From the NCBI GenBank assembly GCA_039621445.1, contig CP154954.1, positions 33,333,455-33,397,454 of the forward strand: a stretch of 64,000 nucleotides of DNA, read 5' to 3'. The stretch is from Euglena gracilis (lineage: Eukaryota). Under the pieces are notes generated by a model. It made no database searches, was not told the origin of the DNA, and saw nothing but the letters and a program-made list of their open reading frames with translations. The translations under genes were made by a program, and so were the position numbers. This document shows, piece by piece, positions 47,801 to 60,698 of this stretch (its first letter is position 1; every line of letters begins with the position of its first letter).

Positions 47801-50800
47801 CTCTTTTAGAGGCGGCATGCTCCCAAATTACAAAAAAATCAAGGCTTTCAACATTTTTGTTACGCCTGACTTACCCTCACAACGCATTGAGTCCAACTTG
47901 AGTTTTGCATTTTTGCCAAGCTCGTTCTTCCAAGGTCCACATTCTGCCCCCCCCCCCCTGCACAAAGAAAATGACCCAGAAAAGAGCCCTCCGAGCTGTC
48001 CCTTTGTCCTGCGGGGTGATCCGAGGGTTTTTGTGCAGGGTCCCACGGCGTGGCCTGTTTTGCATCGGGTGCTGAGGAGCCATATGGCGGGGGTTGGGTT
48101 CCAACCATGCCGCCCCGCTTCGCAGTTGGTGTGCCCGCAATTTGGCGGCCGTCAGCCTGCTGCAAGGGCTGGAGTTTTTTTTTCCCTTTCACCGAAGGAC
48201 GCCACAGGGCTGGGGCTGGCCAAAGGCCAGTCCAGGGCTCAAATGGGTCGAGATCAAAATGGCAGACCACCGCATTTTTTTTTGCCGGTTTTGGGCAATG
48301 GGCCAACATCTCTGCACACTTTCCTCGGCCATCCTTCCTGAGGAGTATCCGTTGACTGTCCCGGGACAGCAGCAGAGCTTTTCGGCAAGGGCCCTGTAGG
48401 GCTGCCCCCCCCCCCCCCAGGAGCAGCGTGCCGCCCGGCCTCAGGAGGGCCGCCGGCGGCGGGGGACATGCCGCGTGCCCAGTCGATGCCCGCCCTCGCC
48501 TCCCCCCGGCCGGCGGTGCTGTACCGCCCGGAGGAGGGCCCGGCCGCTGCCGCGCAGTGGGCCCCCCGCCCCTTGTCGAGCCGGGGGCAGCAGCCCGCTT
48601 CAGGCGTGGCCGTGCCGTGTGAAGTGTTCATGGCTTTGCTTTTGAAAGTGGGCCACTGTGGCGGTTGAAAATGAGATGGTTGAGAATGGCAAATGAATGC
48701 AGATGGGGAAAAAATGGAAATGAACAAAACTGGCCTGGGAAAAACTGGCGAAACAAAATCCTTACAAACTTTCTCTGCCATTTTGGCCGAGACTTCAATT
48801 TCTGCAACTGCAACTGCAACTGCAATTCTGCTCCAAATCCCCCCCTCCGGTAAAGCGAGTTGACGACCACATTCGCTCTAACCCTTTGCGTTTTTTTGTG
48901 TGTTTTTTTGTGTCGCCTTCTTTGAGGGTCCATGTTGCCCCCCCCCCTGCCGACCCATCAAAGCCCGGCGGCATTCGTCATGCATTGTGCCCCCCGTCCG
49001 CAGGCGGCGGCCCTGAAGCGGTGGTGGCGGCGCGGCCGTCGGCCCGGGTCCTGGAGACCCCCCGTGTCGCCCTCATCTCCCCGCGGCCTGCAGAGGACTG
49101 CCGGACGCCCCGGGTGCTGGGCAGTGCGAGAGGTGCCCGCCCAAGTCCCTGCACTGAACAACTGCAAGCTCACAGTGCACTTAAATGCAAGAGCGTGTGT
49201 TGTGTGTGTGTTTTTGTGTGCGTGTGTGTGTGTGTTGTGTGTGTGTGTGTGTGCGTGTGCTGTGTGTGTTTGTCTGTGTTCGTGCGTGCTTGAGTGTGCA
49301 TGCGCGCACGTGTGTTGCGTGTTTTCCCTTGTGTGCACACACAACCTCTGCAGGGGTAGGGATGGCCCACGGCTCAGCCAGCTTCGACCTCCCCGGCCGC
49401 TCCCCCGACCTCCGGAGGGCCCCTGGGGACGGCCCTGGCCAGTCCGTGCGCTACGTGGAGGACAGCTGGGCGGTGAGGAGCACAGCCGTCCCTCGCAGCA
49501 CGGGTCGAACCCCTCGCTCTGTTTTCAGCACTCTGCAGGAGGGCTCAGTGTTTGAACATAATGTCATGATGGATGCATTGGTGTGTGTTACTTTGGATGG
49601 GAGAGATCTTCAAGCCTTATGTGTTCACGTCCCAGATGTAGTGCATGTGCAGTGTGTGAAGTGTGCAAGGTAATGCAGTGTAGCACCATGTGAACCACGT
49701 TTTGCAGTGCCCTCTTGGGTTGTCTGCCTGAGTCACATTACAGGGTGGAAGGCCGAACAGATTTGTCCAAATAACTTCGCCCCCATCTGGGCTGACACAG
49801 CAAAGATAGACATCTCACTCATGGGACAGCCAAAACAATCACTTTCCAATGAATGCACCATTCATCCGTCTGTTCGGTGCGGAACAGAATCCAAAAACTC
49901 AAAGGTCAGGCACAGGGGTTTTTTTAGTCTTGGACCCCCCTCCCCCAGGGGGGGGAGGGGGAGGGAGGGTGGGTCCCTTGGACCCCCCTCCCCCCGGGGG
50001 GGGTGTGGGGGTAGGGGCTGGTGGGTATATCTTTCTCGACGCCGAAGGTGCCGAAAGTTTTGAAAAAGGTGCTTTTTTTTAGCATTTTTGCCATTTTCGG
50101 GCAAAAGTGGGTGGGTCCCCCGGGACCACCCCCCTCCCCCGGGGGGGGGGCCCACCCCAGGGGGTGGGTGGGTGGGTGCCGACCCCCTCCCCCCCCCTCC
50201 CCCCGGTCTTAAAAAAACACCTGGTCAGGCGTGAGGGAAGTTGCCTCCCTTCATAAATCTATTGACAACTCGCCCTGCACGCCATTGGGGCATTTTCTGC
50301 ACCACCTGTCGACATTTTGGCAGCCTCCTTGAGTGACGCTGCTTCCGATGTGGAGTGCAAAGTCGTTTGGGTCGGCCTGTTTAAGACTCAACATTCAGCC
50401 GGGAGAGACCACAATTCTAAGAATACTCACAGGCACGCACAAACCCTGTCAAGCAGGGCACAAGCAACAGAGTGTCCTGCTCCATGAAAAAACCAGTTGG
50501 CGAAAGGCAGGCTTCTTGGGACTTGAAAAAACAGCAGCTTCTCAGTCTTGTTTCCAGCGTCCATGACCGAACTTCCTGCATACCTCCTAAGGCAACCCCC
50601 TGCCCCTCGGACCACTGGGGCCTGGACAGTCGTGCTGCGCTTGGACACAACCTCTCGGCACACCGGGTTGTGGCGATGCTTCGGGTGGGGCACGATCAAA
50701 AAGATCCACGCACCGCCGGCCGTCATTCACGAACCAGAGCAACCGTTGCTTTTCCCTCCTTCCTCCCCGCCCTCCGCAGGTCCGGGGGCCAGGGACCTGG

Positions 50801-51156
50801 CAGCGAAGTCGCCCATCCAGCGGAAGCTGTCGCTGCCCCTGGCGGAGCTGGTGGCGGAGCGGCGCCCCTCCAACGGCTCCACAACCCCGCGGTTCCACGG
50901 CATGTGCCCCCCCCCCGGGTTCCCTCCCCCCCCCCCCGCCACTGGGCTGGTGATCCCCCTGGAATCATATCTCGCGCAGCCCCGGCTGGCTGACCTTTTT
51001 TATTTTTGGGGCTCCGCTGCAGGGGGGGGGGGGCGTTTCCTTCGTCCCTCTGCAGCGTCGCGGGCGGGGCCTCCTCCCCCATCGGCGTCATGGCGCTCGC
51101 GGACCAGCCGGCAGCTCTCGGACCTGCCTGTGCCAGCGTGGCTGCCCTTCCGCTGA
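41420..51156 (+). CDS. Probable low-complexity Ser/Pro/Arg-rich tail exons of the kinesin gene
   Basis: GC-rich islands, most bounded by YAG and GT/GC: ~41420-41504, 41946-~42090, ~44654-44920, 45435-45563, ~46928-47102, 48421-~48616, 49004-49132, 49354-49471, 50780-50899, 51056-51156 (..VPAWLPFR*). Full phase continuity was not verified, so this could be a separate gene. Confidence 0.5.
42423..43396. mobile_element. Foldback element with ~315-bp inverted arms
   Basis: 42423-42738 is close to the reverse complement of 43077-43396. The spacer holds a ~78-bp direct duplication (~42745-42822 and ~42878-42957). No TSD seen. Confidence 0.85.
44524..44638. mobile_element. hAT-like MITE (TAG...CTG termini, 8-bp TSD)
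   Basis: Flanks CCCTCCAG / CCCTCCCG (7/8). Termini TAGGGCGTTG / CAACGCCCTG. Confidence 0.8.
45538..48660 (+). repeat. Segmental duplication, copy 1
   Basis: Colinear and highly similar to 60699-64000. Confidence 0.95.
49913..50223. mobile_element. hAT-like MITE (CAG...CTG termini, 8-bp TSD)
   Basis: Flanks GTCAGGCA / GTCAGGCG (7/8). Termini CAGGGGTTTTTTTA / TAAAAAAACACCTG. Confidence 0.8.
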
Positions 51157-54100
51157 CCCCTCCGCCGCTGGTGTGAGGATGGGCCACCGCTGTTGGGCAT
51201 GATCTGTGGCACAACACTGGAGGCCCACAGGGTAAGAGAAGCTCCACCCGTGAAATCTTCATGTGAACAGAAAAAAAGTTTGGAGAGTTTCATTTTCTAC
51301 AGTGTCATGCGTGACACCGGTAATATTGATTGACGGAGGAAGATGATGCAGCCTCTCACCACTTGTCATATTCCACTGCAGAGTTGCACAAAATGACAAA
51401 ATATTTGACAAACAAAAGTCTGTAATTGTTAAAAGTCTATATCTGTTAGTACCCCCCCCCCCCAAATAACTGTGCCCCCTGCAAAGTTAGTGGACGGATC
51501 TTTTTGGCCCAGACCCGCAAAGTTATTTGGGCAGCACCCAAAACCATTGATGCACCGATTCACCACATTTCTTTGAAGAAATTTGTTGTCATTTGCTGTT
51601 CGTTAATTTTTGCAACGCAGTTTAATGCTTCTATTCATCAAATAATAAAGCATCAACTCCTTTCAGATACTGTTTTGTGCTTGCCACCTCCTGATTTCCC
51701 AAAAAGATGCATTGTTTTGCACTTTTTTCCTTCTAAAGGGGGCAGGGCAAAGTTGTTTGGACCGATCTTTTTCGGCTTTCTCCTGCAAGGTCATTCGGGC
51801 GCGTAAAGCTTTAGGGCACTGCAACGTTATTTGGGGGGATTTAACCTTGTGCATCGCAAATCACATGGGCTGGGGTGGGCTGTGGCATCCACCTTGCCTC
51901 CCCAGGCCACTTCCCGGCCGAGGCATGGCGCAACGCCTCGGTCGCCCCCTCGCGACCCCGGCGGCCGCACCGCGACGAAAGGCCCCGCCGGACCCCGGGC
52001 AGGGCTGGCGGTGGCCTTGGCTTGCCGCCCCTGCCCCTCCCCTCTCAGCCCTGCTGGGCACGTTGCAGCGTCGCCCCCAGCGAGCAAAGAGGCCGTCGCC
52101 AAACGGTGCCATCTTGCAGCGTTAGCCCCGAAGCTCCCCCCGAATAACAACCCCCAAATCAGAACCCCGTAAATGAGAACCCCTCATAATAGGAACCCCT
52201 GAAATGAGAATACTTCAAAACAAACTGGAGAGGGGGTGCGGAACTGGAAAAATGAAAAAGGTCAGACTTCAGCACAGCGTTCAGCGACATGGGACAGCGT
52301 TAAAAGCTAACTGCTGGTTGTGCCCCATGATGATTTTCAGGTCTCAAAAAACGCACAGCAACGTAAACATCACACCATGTAATTTATGTTTTTTTTGAAA
52401 GTTGCTTCAACTTGTGATTTTGCATATTTTGTCGTCTCGACCAACTCGAATTTTTGTAATTCTTGTGCCCAACAGTGATAAAGTTGCCGAAAGTCCCGTT
52501 GTCCCCGATTTGTGCCGCCGGGGCAGGGGTTTTGGTTCTGGATATTGGCACCACTGGGGCGAATGAGATCATGCCATTGCTTAAGATGCCCCCCCCGTTA
52601 AAAAGTGATAGCATATTCATTCACATTGTTTGCTGGCTGTGCAAATCTCATTTTTGAGGTGTGAGCATTACGCATTTGCGGTATGCATTTCTCCCAAAGT
52701 CCAGCAGGAGATGTGCAATGGTCTCTTGCCAGTTGAGAGAGGGAATCCCACAAGTTCAGCTGGTGCAACACACAACACGCAATGGTTACCAGAGGGGGGG
52801 GGATTGGAGTTGTGCAAAAATTGGGCTGGACAAAATTGGCAAAGCGAAATCCTTCAAAAAATTTTCCATTGCCAAAATCCTCCAAAGCTATCCGACACGT
52901 TTTGAAAAATCATTTTCCCCCCATGTCATTAACTAAACAAAGTTTGAAAATTAATATTCATTGCTTTTTGTCCATAAATCTTCAAGGTTTTTATGTCCTT
53001 TTGGGAAGCCCTCCGAAATTCTCTATCAGATTTTGCCGAGACCTCCAGATATATTTTCTGCCATTTTGACAGAACTGCCAATTTTTTTCAGCCCCAATTT
53101 TTCACTTAGCCAATTGTTTTTAAAACCCCATTTCGCCCCTGTATTTTGCTGTTTGTATCCACAAGCAGCACTTAACACAAATTTGTTTATATTTTATTTG
53201 CTGATATTTTGACATTTTGACATTTATTTATACTTCAAAGGTGTAGTTTTGCAAACAGCACAATTGTGTAATCAAAGAAAATAAATATTTTGCAGGTCAT
53301 TTTTGCTGTATGTATGGAAGGGGGGGGCCAAGCAAGCGCTGCACTGGCTCTGTGCTTGCATGTCAGCAGGGGGGGGTTGCTGGATTGGGCTCCAGCCACG
53401 ATAACTTTGTGCGCTGATGGCAGCCAGACGGCTGAGTTGCTTTCCTCCCATTTGTATCATCCGTGTTGCCCAATCGCCTCTCTTTTTTGCGCAGCACTGT
53501 GCTTCTTGGCTTCAGATTTAAGGGAGAAAGTCTGGCAGGTTTTAAAAAAATAACGATTTCAAAGACACATTTTCAGGATCATTATTGGATTTCAGGTGAA
53601 AAACTGACATAGCTGTCTGCAGACCCTCTCCACTTATATGCCGTCTCACCGCCTTGGGGGCACCGACAGGTGGAGCAAAAGCAGTATCGAACGGGAGGGG
53701 GCTGGAATCGGGCGAAGAATTATCGTGACACTTTGCAATAAGCTTGATATTCCTAAACCCAATTGGACGCCCACTGGATTTCATTTCGAAATTTGGACAA
53801 CGCGAGGGCAAACCTGCTTGAAATCGCAGGTTGAGGGGTCAAACTCTGGCTCATCCATCTCTTTTTGCGAACGTCGCTGCCTGGGGTTATATTTATGTGG
53901 GGCTGCAAGGTTTTTTTGGGGGGAATCAAACCCCCAGCAAGGAAATGTGTTTCAAAACGTTTTCAAACTTCTGCCACAGCAGCTTTTGCGGGGGGGGGCT
54001 GTTTGAAGAGCGACAAAACTCGCGATCATCCCCCCCCCAAAATGTTTTTGTTTCCAATCGAAGCATTTGAGCTGCTCACACATTGTTCGGCCTCGCAATG

Positions 54101-54555
54101 TCCATTTTTGTGCACTCTCTCAACCCTAGCCCTTGACCATTTTGGAACTTGGGCTTCGGCACCCCTGGCTGCGGAGCTTGTGGCCTGGGCGCGTGGTGCG
54201 CCACAGGCCTTAAGCGGCAAGGTGGCCTGGCGTCTTTGGACGCCGATGAACGGCTACTCGATGAACCCTTGTGAAGTTGCACCCTTTCCATCGTGACTCG
54301 CTTTCTCATACACTGTTGCGTCGCATGTTTCTCACTGTACTGAGCGTTGTTGAATGAAAAGCCGTGAGGAGGGCTTAATTTAAGAAAACCTGACCCGACC
54401 CCCTGGGGGGTCCAGCCAGCCAGTAGCCTTTTCCAGCCAGACTTTTTCTGTCCCTTACTGAAGGGAGTTGTTGCGGAATTGGCCCCCATGGCCACCACCT
54501 TGGCTTTGATTGCATCTTCCCCACTTCTGGTCAAAATATGCCCAGGCCGGTGGCA

Positions 54556-55770
54556 GGTGGACTCGGACTCCCGCGACACAGGAAGGGGGAGGGAGGAAGA
54601 GACCAGGAGGGAACAAGAAGATGGTGAGGTCACCGTCTCGAAGTGCGGGTTTTTCTGACTCTGGGGACCTCCTGTCCCACTTTTTATTTTTTTCCAGCCC
54701 CAGCGCCCAGATTTTTCTGCCCTAAAATGAGCTTGGGTGTACTTCCCCACCCGTCTTCTTGTCCTTGTCGTTTGATCCAAGGCCGTGGCCGGCGCTTGGG
54801 GGTTTATGCTGCAAAACTTCTGCTGGTGGGATCTGGGAGGGCCGGCGCCACCTCGGGCCCGCAAAGTGCAGCCCACCTAAAAGCACTCCCACACCCCCCC
54901 GACGAGGACCGAGAGGGGAGGAAGCGGCACCGAGGGCGAAGCACAAGCACAAAGTGAGGCCAATCCTTTTTTATCGGCTTTTTAGAAGGAGAATGTTCTT
55001 GGGAAGGTTAGACCCGTCCCCGCTACTGCTGCGATTTTGCTGGGGTTGGCTGGCTCGTCGCTCCGGCGTGGACGATTCATGGGGGAGACCCCCTCATAAA
55101 ACCTCCCCGAGGATCGTCCTCATTTCTGGGAGGGCTGGGTGGGCTCATTTGGTGTTTGTGCTGCGCCCCCGGTGTCCCCTCCTCCCCTCTCGGTCCTCCT
55201 CGGGGGAGTGCGAAACACCTTGGGCTCCGCACTTCCCCAAAAGTGAGGTGGACTGTGCACACCCGGTGGGGGGGGGCGGCTCCGCCCAAGAATTTTGATC
55301 ATAAAGCGTGCTCCAAGTTTTCTTGGGCACCCAATCGGACTCCCACGACACAGGAAGGGGGACGAAGGGACCAAGAGGGCGAAGCACAAGAAGATGGTGA
55401 GGTCCTGCTTTCCTTGCTGGCTGTTCTGTTCTGGTGTGGTTGGTGCTCGCGGGGCTGCTTCTTACTGCGCCTTTGTTGCGGAGTTGGCGATGATGAGGCC
55501 TCATCCGAAACCTTGGCGACGCTGAACCGCCGTGCCCCCCCCCCCTCTTACGTGGTCGCTGCTGCGCGGCTCCCGCGGAGGCGGGGATGTCTGTCGCTCT
55601 TGGGGGTCGGGGCTGCTTGGCTGGGGTTCCCCTTTCTGGTTGGGATGTCTGTCTTTTTCTGGTGCTCTTCTTCTGGGTGGGGGGGGGTTGGGCTCACCAC
55701 CTTCTTGTTCTTCGCCCTCTTGGTCCCTTCCTCCCTCCCCCTTCCTGTGTCGTGGGAGTCCGAGACCATT
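54556..55770. repeat. Block of direct and inverted repeats next to the 3' end of the DIRS-like element
   Basis: Unit TCGGACTCCCRCGACACAGGAAGGGG...CAAGAAGATGGTGAG at about 54563 and 55335, and inverted at about 55692-55763. A second inverted pair lies at 54893-54958 / 55144-55207. Confidence 0.8.
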
Positions 55771-55849
55771 CGGGCTCCGCACTGCGAGAGGGTGAGGTAC
55801 TGTGCACCCACCTTTGGGCCATATTTTTTTTGATTTTTTGACACAACTC

Positions 55850-56720
55850 GCAGCCTCAAATAATGAGCTTGGAAGGCCCCAAAGTTTTTCCACTGACCCA
55901 ATTGCTGGCCTTCCTCCACCTGCAACCAGCATTTTTCCACCATAAAATCCCAGCCCGTCTGGTGCTGTGGGGTTTCCTATGGGTGGTGTCCACACCCCCC
56001 TCTTGCAGAATTGATTTGGTGAAGGCATGCACTCTGTCTGAGGTCAAAGGCCTTTTCCCGTCCAAAGACCACAGCACGTTGTTTTTGTGTATAACCATGT
56101 GGGCTGTCCTCCCCACATATTCTTGCAATAAATGCCAGGGGCTTATGAGTGGGCTTTGAGGGAGATTCAAAACCTGCACCCACGTGGGGCACTGCCACCT
56201 TTTCTTTTGCAACAAAATAAATTTTTTATCTCTAACAAAACTCATTTTTCGTTGTGTTCTGTCTAGATCAAAGATCTGTGGAGGGCTAACAGACTCCAAC
56301 AAATGATTAGTCTTTTTCTGAGGTCTTTCAAAGACAAGTTTTACAGGGGTTCAGAGCATTTGCTAAATTGCGCCAGAAATTCTCTGGGATCCCAAAAACT
56401 GCATATCTGGCCACATTTAAATTCCACTTTCTTTTTAGTGGAGCCAGAAGGTGGGAAAACCTCAATGAACCAAACCCTGGGAGTAAAAAAGCTGCTGTAT
56501 ATGCATTTCGAGCAGTGTTGAAGCTGTGAACAGCAAGGTCAATGATGGCCTCGGCCATCTTGTGGACTGTGCAGTCCTGCAGGGGCGCCCCTTTGTGCAA
56601 CAATTGGCCCACCAATGTCCTGAAGGCTGAGTCATATCTTTTGACATTGTCCAATTTTTTATGTAAGTGTCGGTACTGAACATCGAAACTTCCTGGGATT
56701 GTATTATTTCCCTGATACAA
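55850..56720 (-). pseudogene. Tyrosine recombinase of the DIRS-like element
   Basis: KPHSTR (HxxR box) and, after a frameshift, LGQWKNFGAFQAHYLRL (GxW...Y catalytic box). Confidence 0.8.
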
Positions 56721-56759
56721 TCAAATTGCCCAAATTTCACCTCGGGGGGCATCTCCCCC

Positions 56760-58530
56760 CAGCAGTTGGTAAACAGACCCTACTGGGGGGGCACCAGCAA
56801 ATCTTTGCTGCCTGGCTGTCTGATTGACATTAATTGGCGCCACCATGACTTCGAAGCCATTGGGGTACAATTATCAGACAAAGTAGCCCCGCATTTAGCA
56901 TTCATCTCTGAAACCACTGTGAGATGACGCTCCAGGGATGGTTTGCATAAACTTGGGCAGACCCCTTAAATACGCCTTTAGTGCATCCACCAGCAAAGCA
57001 CCTTGGTGGGGGTAGCGGCAAATGAACTTGGGGAGTTTTTTGTTGCTGGATGTGCAAAACATGTTCACCTCTGGGGGCATGTTTTTTTTAAAAAAAGAAG
57101 AATTTGGTGAAAGATGTTCAGGTTTAGGGAAGATTCGTTTGTGTCCTTTTCCTCCCTGCTTATGGAGTCTGCCAATTGTTCCTTTGTGGGAAACCAAACC
57201 CTGCAAATTGATGTGCTTTTCCTGACAATGATACAGCAGGGGTTTTAAGATGGAATTTAGGTAGGGCTTTTTGCCTCCCCTTTTTGTTAAATAACTTACA
57301 TCCATCTAGCTGTCCACATGAAGCACAATGGTTTGTTTTGGTTTGACTGAAGCATTTACAGTTTCCATTGCAGCCATCATCTCTTTTTAATTGATATGAA
57401 GGACATGCAGGTTTAGTTCAGGGGCAGGCATATGGGCATAGGGGCATAGGGGCATAGGGGCAGGCAGGCACAGTTTAGGGGAATAAACTCCCCGAATGCA
57501 CACACACACATATGGCAAGGCTAATTCTCTGCCCCCCCCCCCCCGGGGTCCCAGCAGTTGTACCTACCGGGGACTTCGGCCGCCCAGGTCCCTCCAAAAA
57601 TCCTGCACCTTTTGGCCTGAATATTTGTCCACCCCCCCCCCCCCATTGTCAGGTGCTGCTGTCTGAGAAGGGTTCCTGGAGGCCTGGGATTGAAATGCCC
57701 TGCCCACACCTGGCTGTAAAAGGCTTTTAACCCCACAACTTTGTCTTTGAGCCCCTCGAGAGTGGTCAGGGTGTGGTCCCAACCCCATTTGGTGTATAAT
57801 TCCACCATTTTGCAAAGTTGATCTGTCAGAATTCTGAGAAATGGCATTGAGACTAAATAGCTTCTGAAGTTGCCTCACAGTAGAACTTAGTTTTCTGCAG
57901 ATCATTTTTGTGCCGTAAGCAGCTTTCCTAACTCCTTTCTAAAGAATTTTAGTTTATCTTGTGCGGTTTCCAGTCGCCCTTTTTTCAAGTTTATACACTG
58001 GCCCAAATGCTTTATTTACTGTGTTGGTTCCAGACAGGATTTGGGAGGTTTTATTTGAAACCTGCCAGTAAGAGATCTTCTTTCGTTTCTGCAAAATGCT
58101 GGGTTGCTGTCTTTTTGCTGGGCTAACAGCAAAATTTCGTCAACGTGGATACAAACCGCCTTTCCTTCCTTCCTCCATTTTATTTCCAAGACTCTCATGA
58201 GAGTCGTAAATTTTCATGACAGGTTGCACATGCCGAGGCATGCAGCTTGAAACTGCCAAGTTCCCCCCCCCCCCACTTGCATGCAAACATATTTTTGTAG
58301 GCTTTCGCGCAGCTTTAAGTGGAAATGGGAATCTTTCAGACCGATTTTCACACAGAGCCAACCTCTTCCTAAATATGGGAAGATGTTTCCTATGTGTTCC
58401 AGGCTGAACTTCTGGACGGTGAAATGGAGGTTTAACTGTCGACAACCTGAAATTAGTATTTCCTTTGTCCTTTCCCCCGCTTTTTTTTGGAATGGGGGAT
58501 TTGCCTGGTTGACCCTGCACATTCGTTTTC
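56760..58530 (-). pseudogene. RT / RNase H / MT-like polyprotein of the DIRS-like element
   Basis: RT: CRQLN..QKFSLE, VKIGLKDSHFHL, WQFQAACLG, IHVDEILLL. RNase H: FSDSST*QWGG, HIN*KEMMAA, VSYLTKRGG. MT-like: MFCTSSNKKLPKF..LLVDAL, VYANHPWSVI, LIIVPQW. Confidence 0.8.
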
Positions 58531-60698
58531 CCTGTAGGATTCGCCAAAGTCTGCAATTCCTAATTCAAGATTGCAAAGCCATTGAAGAATGACAATTGTT
58601 CTGTAGGGAGCAAATGCTTACACTGCTTGCGTGGGTCACTGATTGAACCTCAAAGAAGTCCTGCCTTTGTTTGTGCTGTGCTGGAAGTTTTGAAAAGTTC
58701 AATGCCTGAAAGTTCAAAAGTGAGACTGGGTCCAGGCCAAGAATGGGCACTCAAACAATCACTGTACACCCTGTACAATCAGTCAGCTCCCGGGCTTGGT
58801 CAGCCCAGAAGTCATTGAGGAAGTGTCCAGAAAGATGCTGAAGGATGGACTGGGAAGATGGACCACATCCATGACAGAATGGGTACAGAAGATGCAATCC
58901 AGCAGCTGCAGATGTGGACAGATTGGGGTCCACTGCTGTCCAAGGGCTGTGATTGAAGGTGAAGCTGATCACCATGTACATCCTGTGTCCCAAGAGTATT
59001 TTTTCAGGGCTTTGGAAGATCTGCAGCAGCAGAAGAGCCCTGTCATTGCAATTACATCTGTACAATCTGTTGGTGTTCAGGCGGCTGAAGTGGAGGAGAT
59101 TGCAATCATTCCAAGAGTTGAAGTTGCTGTGCAAGCTGCTGCAGAAGGAGAGGACCAATCTGAAGACAAAATGAAACAGAAGGAAACATCCAAGGAAAGA
59201 CGAATCAGAAGATAACAATCTAAGAAGAGGAAGAAGGAGGAGCCGCGGAAGCCATTCCCTGTGCGCTGAACCATGTGTGTTTGCTGCGATTTCATTGCAA
59301 TTCAAGTGTAAGCATTCTACTGGTTTGGTTTGTGACTGCCCAGCCACCATTTGTAGAGATTTGCCCTGCAGGGCACTTTGCTTTTGGGTTTTCCCCTTTT
59401 GATTTGCCCAGATTTCCCCTTAAACAGGGCAGGCACCAAAGAGATGGCTGTCATTGCCCAATTGGGGAAGGGTCAGGGCACAAGGGGGGGGGGGTACTCT
59501 GTTTTGCCCGCATGGGCACAGATGTACGGCAGGGCACATAACTGACCAGTGGATAAAGACAGTTGGAGTTGAAGATTTTCCGCCTTGCCCAGATTTTTTG
59601 CCCACAACTCCTTTTTTTTGGCTGCCCGATTCTGGGCACAAAAATCAGGATCCCCTTTTCATGATTGCCTGAATTCTCTCCAGGGTACATTTTTGTTGGC
59701 CCCCCCCAGGGCCCAGGGACGACTGCCCAGGAGGGGGTGACAATTCGGGCACAGGGGGGGGGGGCGGGCAGATCAGGGCGAGGTTGGAATTTCGACTTGG
59801 CAAACTTGACCTGCGAATGCCAATTGACATTCCAAGGAATGTTCTGAAGGAAGGGGGTGTAGGATTCGCCAAGTCTGCAATTCCTAATTCAAGATTGCAA
59901 AGCCATTGAAGAATGCCAATTGTTCTGTAGGGAGCAAAATGCTTACACTGACTGCGTGGGTCACTGATTGAACCTCAAAGAAGTCCTGCCTTTGTTTGTG
60001 CTGTGCTGGAAGTTTTGAAAAGTTCAATGCCTGAAAGGTCAAAAGTGAGACTGGGTCCAGGGCAAGAATGGGCACTCAAATCCCTCAGAATTTTCTGGGC
60101 AGTCATTAGTCCTTGGGGAGTTTTGAGAGGAATTTTTAAGGACATCTAAGGAGGGAGGGAAAGATCTGCCATAACATCCTCCCTTATCAGGCTTAATACC
60201 TCTCTGCTGGCTCCTTCTTTTGGCTGCTGGCCTGCAGGGCCATGTAAGGTGCAACCTCTGGATGTAAAGTGTCTGGGGATTCCACAGGCCCCGTCAATGG
60301 GGTCCATCCCCCTGTCTGCCACAACACTGGGGTCACAGCTGGCCCTGTCACAGGGCTTCCCAAAGACAGGCTATCCCCCTGCTTTTGAATGATGGGAGAA
60401 GGTCTGTGTCTGGAGTGGGGAAGTACATAGAAAGCTGGGGGGTCTGGGCTGATTACTTTCTGGGGGGGCCCTGTCTGAGCCAACCTTGGGCCTCCCCCCC
60501 AGGGCTGATGTGGTGTGGATGGTCATGAATGTAGTGGCCTCCACTGGCATTAATAGTCACATGGCCTTCGGGCGTGCCTGGCCTCCATTGGCCTTCTCCC
60601 CAGGACTTCTATGGTGTCTTCTTTGTCCCTCTTGTTTCCCCAGATAAGCCACCTTGGCATAATTTCCTTGAGGGATTTGATGCCAGCAGCCTTGGATG

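Larger units (their letters stand above)
55850..60690 (-). mobile_element. Decayed DIRS-type tyrosine-recombinase retrotransposon
   Basis: Minus-strand order RT - RNase H - methyltransferase-like - YR, with many stops and frameshifts. The 5' limit is approximate. Confidence 0.85.
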
